NCBI GenBank assembly: GCA_019056805.1
Contig: DXJG01000004.1
Coordinates: forward strand, 1 to 32,000
Length of the DNA stretch: 32,000 nucleotides
Reading direction: 5' to 3'
From: Candidatus Baldrarchaeota archaeon
GTDB taxonomy: Archaea; Asgardarchaeota; Baldrarchaeia; Baldrarchaeales; DXJG01
Shown: in pieces, positions 25,450 through 32,000 of the stretch
How the letters are laid out: each line of letters opens with the position of its first letter
How positions within the stretch are numbered: the stretch's first letter is position 1
Notes under the pieces: generated by a model
What the model was told of the DNA's origin: nothing
Database searches by the model: none
What the model saw: the letters and a program-made list of their open reading frames with translations, nothing else
Position numbers and translations under genes: made by a program

Positions 25450-27360
25450 ATGGAATTTAAAGGCGGATATGCTGGAAAAATACTTTGGATCAACTTATCT
25501 GAAAAAAGAATTAAGAAAGAACCTTTACCTAAAGATCTTGCATATAACTACCTTGGTGGTCTTGGATTCGTCTCCAGAATTTTATTTGATCTTATTAAGC
25601 CTAAAATTGACCCTTTAAGCCCGGAGAATGTTTTAGCTTTTGCTACCGGACCCTTAACTGGAACACTTTTCCCGCAAGCCAGTCGCTATATTGTTGCAGC
25701 TAAAAGCCCTCTAACCGATATTTGGGGTTCTGCTCACTCAGCAGGTTTTTGGGGTCCAGAACTAAAATTTGCAGGTTACGATATGATAATTATAAGAGGA
25801 AGAGCTGAAAAACCTGTGTATATTTGGATTAACGATGATTATGTAGAAATTTTGGATGCTTCTCATCTCTGGGGCTTAAATGTACTTGAAACTGAAGATA
25901 TTATTAGAAGAGACCATGGTGATAATAAAATTAGAGTTGCATGTATTGGTCCTGCAGGAGAGAAACTTGTAAGATTTGCTGCTGTTATGAATGATAAATG
26001 TAGAGCTGCGGCTAGAAGCGGTATGGGCACGGTCATGGGGTCTAAAAATTTAAAAGCTATTGCTGTTCGAGGATCAAAAGACATTAAAATTGCTGATCCA
26101 AACAGATATCTAAAGATCATTAAAGAATTTCAGCAAAGAATGTTAAACAATCCATTTACTCCTTCTAGAATCAAATACGGGACAAACAATCTAATTGAAC
26201 TTATGCAAGAAATAGGAAGACTTCCAACCTACAACATGAAACAAGGAGTTTTCGAAGAATACCATAAAATTAGCGGTGAATATATTCGTACTCATTATCT
26301 TATTAAGCCAAGAGCATGTTTTGCTTGTGTTCAAAGATGTGGAAGACATACTGCAGTACCTGAGGGCCCATATGCTTACGTTGGTGGAGGCCCAGAATTT
26401 GAAGGACTAAGCGCATTAGGTTCACGTTGCGGAGTATCTCACACAGAAGCAGTACTCTATGCAAATCACCTATGCAACTTATACGGCATGGACGTAATTA
26501 GCTGTGGAGCAACAATCAGCTGGGCCATGGAATGCTATGAAAAAGGTATCATTACTGAAAGGGATACTGGAGGACTTGCTTTAAAATGGGGAGACCCAGA
26601 ACTATTGGTAAAACTTGTTAAGATGATTGCTTTTCGAGAAGGTTTTGGCAACCTTTTAGCTGAAGGAAGTTGGAGAGCAGCGAGAAAAATCGGTCATGGC
26701 GCTGAAAAATATGTGATGCATGTTAAAAAACAGGAAATAGCTGGACAAGAGCCCAGAGCTCAAAAATCCATGGGACTAGCTTCAGCGACAGCTGCTAGAG
26801 GGGCAGACCATCTCTATGCTTTTCCAGTACTTGATGAAGTCGGTTTTAATGAGGAAATTAAGAGGCGATTTGGTGAACAGTATTTACCTGAGATGGCTGA
26901 TCGGCTAAATCCTAAGTATAAGGGCATAATGGTGGCTGAATGCGAGAACTTCGCTGCAGTTGTTGAAAGTGTAGGTGTTTGCAAATATGGTACAATGATT
27001 CCACCAGAATTTTACTACGAAGACATAGCACTGGCATTGGAAATCACTGTAGGATTCAAATTTACGTCTACAGAGCTAAGAAAAATCGGTGAACGCATAG
27101 TTAATCTAAACAGAGCATTCAACGCTAGAGAAGGTGTAACTAGAAAAGATGATACATTACCAGAAAGATTTCTTAAAGAACCGGCTCCCAAGGGTCCAGC
27201 AAAAGGACAAATCGTTGAACTAAACCAAATGTTAGACGAATATTATATTCATAGAGAATGGGATTTAAAAAATGGATTACCAACCAAGAAAAAGTTAGAA
27301 GAGCTAAACTTATCAGATGTGGTAGGTCAACTAGAAAGAATAGGTATTTTACTTCAATAA
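25450..27360 (+). CDS. aor: Aldehyde:ferredoxin oxidoreductase family tungstoenzyme (paralog 3)
   Basis: AAARSGMGTVMGSKNLKAI, CFACVQRC, GPEFE, YGMDVIS, RGADH, DDTLPERF. Confidence 0.95.
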   Translation: MEFKGGYAGKILWINLSEKRIKKEPLPKDLAYNYLGGLGFVSRILFDLIKPKIDPLSPENVLAFATGPLTGTLFPQASRYIVAAKSPLTDIWGSAHSAGFWGPELKFAGYDMIIIRGRAEKPVYIWINDDYVEILDASHLWGLNVLETEDIIRRDHGDNKIRVACIGPAGEKLVRFAAVMNDKCRAAARSGMGTVMGSKNLKAIAVRGSKDIKIADPNRYLKIIKEFQQRMLNNPFTPSRIKYGTNNLIELMQEIGRLPTYNMKQGVFEEYHKISGEYIRTHYLIKPRACFACVQRCGRHTAVPEGPYAYVGGGPEFEGLSALGSRCGVSHTEAVLYANHLCNLYGMDVISCGATISWAMECYEKGIITERDTGGLALKWGDPELLVKLVKMIAFREGFGNLLAEGSWRAARKIGHGAEKYVMHVKKQEIAGQEPRAQKSMGLASATAARGADHLYAFPVLDEVGFNEEIKRRFGEQYLPEMADRLNPKYKGIMVAECENFAAVVESVGVCKYGTMIPPEFYYEDIALALEITVGFKFTSTELRKIGERIVNLNRAFNAREGVTRKDDTLPERFLKEPAPKGPAKGQIVELNQMLDEYYIHREWDLKNGLPTKKKLEELNLSDVVGQLERIGILLQ

Positions 27361-27558
27361 TAGCAACATTATAACTAAGCGATAATAGTCTTATCAAATG
27401 CTTTTTTACTATTCAAATGTTTAATTCTAGTACTAACAACGGAAAATTAAAAGTAGTATAATGTTAAATAAAAGCGTCAAAAGTTTTTATAGAGTAAATT
27501 TATAAGACAATATATCGGTATTGAAATGAAAACCATTGACAATATATGAGGTGTTAGA

Positions 27559-28527
27559 ATGGTTAGGTTTTTCTTCTCTACTGATGTTCATGGCAGTGAC
27601 CTTGTTTGGAGAAAATGGCTAAATACCCCCAAACAGAGAGGGGCTCAAATAGTTCTTTTCTGCGGAGACCTAACCGGTAAAAGCGTTATCCCAATAATTC
27701 AAAAGAAAGACAATTTGTGGACATGTAGAGTCGTTGGCAGAAACTGGGAACTCCACAACATGGAAGAAGTAAAGAAAATGCAACAAAGAATCGCAGATCT
27801 CGGATACTACTCCAAAATAATGACTCCAGAAGAGGTAAGAGAACTTCAAGCAGACCCCAAAAAAGTCGATAAACTTTTCGAAGAACTTATATGCGAAAGA
27901 CTGAGAAACTGGCTAAATATGGCAGTTGAAATACTCGGAAAAGACATAACACTCTACGTTATGCCAGGAAACGACGACGAACAATACATAGATGAAGTAA
28001 TCAAAGAATTCGACAAAGAATATGAAAACATTATATATCCACTTGGAAAAGCCGTCGAAATTCCCGGCCTTCCAGGATATGAAATGATAAGCTTAGACTA
28101 CGTTAACCCAACTCCATGGAATACTCCCAGAGAAGACAACGAAAAAGGATTATGGAAAAGACTAGAAAAACTTGCCAACCAAGTAAGTGTAGACTGGGAC
28201 CATGTACTATGCAACTTCCACTGTCCTCCCATTAACACAAAACTCGACGTAGCTCCAAAACTAGACAAGAATTTAAAACCTGTGACCTATGCTGGCACAC
28301 CAGCATATGAACATGTAGGAAGTAAATCCATCAGAAAATTCATCGAAAAATACCAACCACTAATGGGACTGCATGGCCACATACACGAAAGTTACGCTTC
28401 CGATAAAATAGGGAAAACGATAGTAGTAAACCCTGGAAGCGAATACATGTCAGGTGTTCTAAGAGGATTCATAATCGACATAACACCTGAAGGTGGACTA
28501 GAAAGATACTGGAAAGTAGAGGGGTGA
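27559..28527 (+). CDS. Icc-related metallophosphoesterase (COG2129-like)
   Basis: STDVHGS, GDLTGK, PGNDD, FHCPP, LHGHIHE, NPGS; GAGGTG RBS. Confidence 0.9.
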   Translation: MVRFFFSTDVHGSDLVWRKWLNTPKQRGAQIVLFCGDLTGKSVIPIIQKKDNLWTCRVVGRNWELHNMEEVKKMQQRIADLGYYSKIMTPEEVRELQADPKKVDKLFEELICERLRNWLNMAVEILGKDITLYVMPGNDDEQYIDEVIKEFDKEYENIIYPLGKAVEIPGLPGYEMISLDYVNPTPWNTPREDNEKGLWKRLEKLANQVSVDWDHVLCNFHCPPINTKLDVAPKLDKNLKPVTYAGTPAYEHVGSKSIRKFIEKYQPLMGLHGHIHESYASDKIGKTIVVNPGSEYMSGVLRGFIIDITPEGGLERYWKVEG

Positions 28528-29375
28528 GTCCGCTCTTGTCAAAAGAAGGTCCAGGCATTAAGATATCTGATGAAGAATTTCTCAACGAAGCAAAAACAGT
28601 TATAGATAAAGCTCAAGAAAAGGGCATAATACTTAGAATACTCGGTGCACTAGCAATACACATCCACAGCGAACACACACCACGATGCATCGAACTTCAC
28701 AAAAGTTTAGGAAGATTAGGGGAAAAGGGGCCAACCTTTACAGACCTTGACCTCATAGCTTACAAAAAACAGAGAAAAGAAGTAAAAAATTTCTTTGAAA
28801 AAGACTTGAAGTTTGTGCCGGATAGACGTATTAACACGCTTTTCGGAGGAAAACGATACATATTCTACCATCCCAAAGGAGCCTACTACGTTGACATATT
28901 TTTCAGTAAACTTGAATTCAGCCATGATGTCGATTTCGGAGAAGCCCCCCAAAAGGGAAGACTAGAACTTGACTACCCAACAATAACTCTCGCAGACCTT
29001 GTACTAGAGAAAACACAAATTCACGACATAAATCTCAAAGACATAATAGACCTAATAGTTCTCTTCTTAGGGCATCCAGTGGAAAAAGAAGAGAAAAAAG
29101 AAGCTATAAACGGTAAATACATTGCAGAAGTACTTGCAAATGACTGGGGATTCTGGTACGATGCAACAAACAACCTAAACAAAGTTAAAAACTTTGCAGA
29201 AAAATTCTACAATGAAGGCAAAATAACAGAAGAAGAATATAAGACCGTAATCGAAAGAATAGACACCCTTCTCAAGATGATAGAAGAGGAACCAAAAACC
29301 AAAGCATGGCAAAAAAGAGCGAAAAAGGGAACAAAGAAAATATGGTACAGACCAGTCGAAGAAGTAATACGATAA
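28524..29375 (+). CDS. Uncharacterised nucleotidyltransferase-fold protein
   Basis: LRILGALA (hG motif), TDLDL (DxD), VDIF (third Asp), LADLVLEK...KDIIDL; 4-nt overlap with the phosphoesterase stop. Confidence 0.65.
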   Translation: MSPLLSKEGPGIKISDEEFLNEAKTVIDKAQEKGIILRILGALAIHIHSEHTPRCIELHKSLGRLGEKGPTFTDLDLIAYKKQRKEVKNFFEKDLKFVPDRRINTLFGGKRYIFYHPKGAYYVDIFFSKLEFSHDVDFGEAPQKGRLELDYPTITLADLVLEKTQIHDINLKDIIDLIVLFLGHPVEKEEKKEAINGKYIAEVLANDWGFWYDATNNLNKVKNFAEKFYNEGKITEEEYKTVIERIDTLLKMIEEEPKTKAWQKRAKKGTKKIWYRPVEEVIR

Positions 29376-29443
29376 ATCAAACATCAAGCCTATTTTATTA
29401 TTTCATTTTTTCATGCACCTGTGTTCACAATGGGAAAAAATGT

Positions 29444-30079
29444 TTAAAGTTTAGGAATAACTTCATAATTTCTCCTGAGGAAACCGGGTTCTTTTAGAAC
29501 CTCTATATGTTTATAATCGTCAAAAAACATTTTAAACCTCAATTTCTTAGGGTCAACTCCTCCCTTCTTAGCCTCGGCCGCCAAAACCTCTAATAATTCA
29601 TCTATTACACCCTTAATCCTTCTTTTCTCCTGTATTCCTAACTTTACCATCTTCTCCTTGAGTGAGTGTCTCGCAAAATAGTCTACTACCATAAAGGCAT
29701 TCGGTATTATTATAATGCATAAAGCAATAATCACCGGATTCGAAACTATTTTTAACAAAGCCGTCTGTTTCTGAGGATTTATCATAGTATTTATGTAGAG
29801 AATGCCAAAAATGCCAATAGAAAGAATTGCCGCCACCCTTAAGAGAGAACCAGCAACGATATATTTTCTAATCTTATCCTCCGTAGCCAAAGTTCCCGTT
29901 AATACTCTAAGTTCTTTTCTAGCCTTCTTCCATATACTCTTAACACGGGGTACATCAGATTTTCTTATAGCTCTATCTATTTTATCATGACTAACATATA
30001 GACCTCGTCTAATATCATCTAACCATGAGATCGCTTGAGTTAGATAAAATAACCTATTCCTGACACTCTTCTCAGACAC
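29444..30079 (-). CDS. Hypothetical membrane protein (about two TM helices)
   Basis: Long ORF with two hydrophobic segments in the middle. Start placed at GTG 30079 (GGTGA RBS); the ORF track extends it to 30139. Confidence 0.75.
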   Translation of the reverse strand: MSEKSVRNRLFYLTQAISWLDDIRRGLYVSHDKIDRAIRKSDVPRVKSIWKKARKELRVLTGTLATEDKIRKYIVAGSLLRVAAILSIGIFGILYINTMINPQKQTALLKIVSNPVIIALCIIIIPNAFMVVDYFARHSLKEKMVKLGIQEKRRIKGVIDELLEVLAAEAKKGGVDPKKLRFKMFFDDYKHIEVLKEPGFLRRNYEVIPKL

Positions 30080-30248
30080 GTGTATCTCACCCAATTTAAA
30101 ACATGTAATATTTAATCTGTCAAATAAAGATTGTGACATCTATATTATAGACAATAACGATAGACGATAAAACTTATATGCAACCAAATATACATAAATA
30201 ATTTAAAAAATAAAGTTGAAAGTTAACATTTGGAAAGGGTGGAGAATC

Positions 30249-31850
30249 ATGGGCGAAGAGGGAGTTGTTTTTGTTAGAAGAGCTTCTGGTCTAGTCAGAG
30301 AAATAGGATGGTTCTCAGCTCTCACTATGGTTCTTGGACACGTTATCGGCGGTGGAATCAACTGGCACTCAACAATGAGTGCAGTAAAGTACCCTGGATG
30401 TGATGTACCCATGGCATTCGTCATAGCAGGAGTTCCAAGTGTTCTTCTCGCATTATGTTTCGCACTAATGGCAGTAATGATGCCAAGAGCTGGAGGAGAC
30501 TACATTTACATCACAAGAGCCATGGATCCACTAATAGGCTTCATGGCATCATGGGCCTTCTGGTTCACAGAAGCCATTTCATTCGGAATCATCGGAGCCT
30601 TTGACAGCGTATTCTACGGAATGAGCCTCTGGATGTACGGTCTAATGGTCGACAATCCAGGAATAATGAAAGCAGGAGCGTGGATGACAGGTACGGTAGG
30701 ACAAATAATTGTAGGATCGTTCTTAGTCATTATATTCTGTATCATAGCCTTATTCGGAACACGAGCATTAGCCTACGTAATGAACATTATCGTTATAATT
30801 CCAGTGATAACCGGTTTCCTAACAATAGGATACTTCGCATGGGGAGCAATGAATGCACCGACCATAGCTAAACAAAAGTTCGAGGCAATTTTCGGAGCAG
30901 GAACATGGGACAAAGTATGGGATCTTGCAATTGCTGAAGGAATGGATCCAGAAAAATACCGCAGAGGGGCAAGCTGGGCTGCCACAATGGGAATGGCTAC
31001 CCCAGCAACATGGGCCTACATAGGATTCACATGCTCTTCGTTCTTTGGAAGCGAGGTTAAAGACCCAAGCAGAAGCTTAATGATATCCATGTTTATCGGA
31101 GCAGTTCTCATAATGGTCTATTATGTTGTTATCAGCGCAACTTGCTGGGGAGCTTATGGAGACTTTATAACAGCCTACAACTATGCATATGGAGCCAACC
31201 CCGAGGCACTCGCTGGCATACTGGGAGTTCAAGAGGCTCCCGAGGGTATACTTCCATTCTTCGCAGCTATGCTAGCTTATCCGAATACCCCGATTATGGT
31301 TCTCCTGATATTAACCGGTGCTATTTGGCTTATGAACGACATTCCAGCATTCCTCATGGTTACTAGCAGAGCAATATTCGCTTGGAGCTTCGACAGATTC
31401 TTCCCAGAGTTTATAGCTGCAGTTAATGAGAGATGGCACTCCCCACACTGGGCAATCTTCATCACATGTGTAGTAGGACTAATAGGAGTCTTTGCAAACG
31501 CTTATGCTTGGTTCCTTGCAATGGTAGGAACAACAGTTCTCTGCATTTGGAGATATCTGTTTGATGCATTGGCTGCAACAATACTTCCATACAAGAGACC
31601 TGACATATGGGAGAAGGGTCTCAAACTTACCGTGGCAGGTATACCTCTAATCACGGTACTTGGATTCATTGCCTTCACCTGGTGGAGCTACATCTTCTGG
31701 TTCGCCTGCTTAGCTTTAGATCCAATAACAATATTGACATACATGGTTTGGCTGGGCCTTGGTCTCTTCATATTCGTAGGGTACTGGGTCTACAACCAGA
31801 AAAGAGGAATCGATCCAAGAACCATCTACCAAGAGATACCTCCCGCATAA
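30249..31850 (+). CDS. APC-superfamily amino acid/polyamine permease
   Basis: FVRRASGLVRE, MPRAGGDYIY, SEVKDP, SRAIFAWSFDR..P and SPHWA motifs with about 12 hydrophobic segments; start at ATG 30249 after GGGTGGAG. Confidence 0.93.
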   Translation: MGEEGVVFVRRASGLVREIGWFSALTMVLGHVIGGGINWHSTMSAVKYPGCDVPMAFVIAGVPSVLLALCFALMAVMMPRAGGDYIYITRAMDPLIGFMASWAFWFTEAISFGIIGAFDSVFYGMSLWMYGLMVDNPGIMKAGAWMTGTVGQIIVGSFLVIIFCIIALFGTRALAYVMNIIVIIPVITGFLTIGYFAWGAMNAPTIAKQKFEAIFGAGTWDKVWDLAIAEGMDPEKYRRGASWAATMGMATPATWAYIGFTCSSFFGSEVKDPSRSLMISMFIGAVLIMVYYVVISATCWGAYGDFITAYNYAYGANPEALAGILGVQEAPEGILPFFAAMLAYPNTPIMVLLILTGAIWLMNDIPAFLMVTSRAIFAWSFDRFFPEFIAAVNERWHSPHWAIFITCVVGLIGVFANAYAWFLAMVGTTVLCIWRYLFDALAATILPYKRPDIWEKGLKLTVAGIPLITVLGFIAFTWWSYIFWFACLALDPITILTYMVWLGLGLFIFVGYWVYNQKRGIDPRTIYQEIPPA

Positions 31851-32000
31851 AACCTTTAATTCAAATATTTTATTTATTTTATTTTCAAATTAATCAGGTT
31901 CAAGCGTTTTTGCTAATGTTTTTAACATGACTGAATACATTATTTTATGACTTAATTTCTTGTTTTTCAGCAAATTCTTCATAGACTTGTTAACAATAAT

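Noticed and set aside
1-32000. tRNA, rRNA, transposase or integrase genes
   Set aside because: No supportable signature was seen by eye; a tRNAscan-SE/Infernal run would be needed to exclude small RNAs.

Overview
AT-rich archaeal window (TATA-type promoters, GGTGA/GGAGG ribosome-binding sites; probably an anaerobe, lineage not determinable from this sequence). Bases 1-14.8 kb are a type I-A CRISPR-Cas locus. It contains the leader-proximal end of an array with a 35-bp hairpin repeat read on the minus strand, a plus-strand adaptation operon (DUF2797-like gene, cas1, cas2, cas4) and a minus-strand interference operon (csa5, cas7, cas5, cas8a, cas3', cas3'', csa3). After a 714-bp gap comes a minus-strand block: wHTH-NurA-like gene, herA, cas6. 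The most striking observation is a solitary near-copy of the CRISPR repeat (27/35 identical, with an 18-nt exact core covering the hairpin and predicted Cas6 cut site) that forms the ribosome-binding site and start codon of cas6, suggesting Cas6 acts on its own mRNA. The NurA-like protein appears to have lost its catalytic residues and has a perfect 14-bp palindrome in its promoter. A metallophosphoesterase pseudogene marks the boundary with a metabolic cluster (15.7-32 kb): three tungsten AOR-family oxidoreductases each with a 4Fe-4S partner, a MoaD-like protein, two amidohydrolases, an atypical PreA/DHOD-like flavoprotein, an Icc-type phosphoesterase, a nucleotidyltransferase-fold protein, a membrane protein and an APC permease. 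All family assignments come from motif recognition by eye; no database searches were run.
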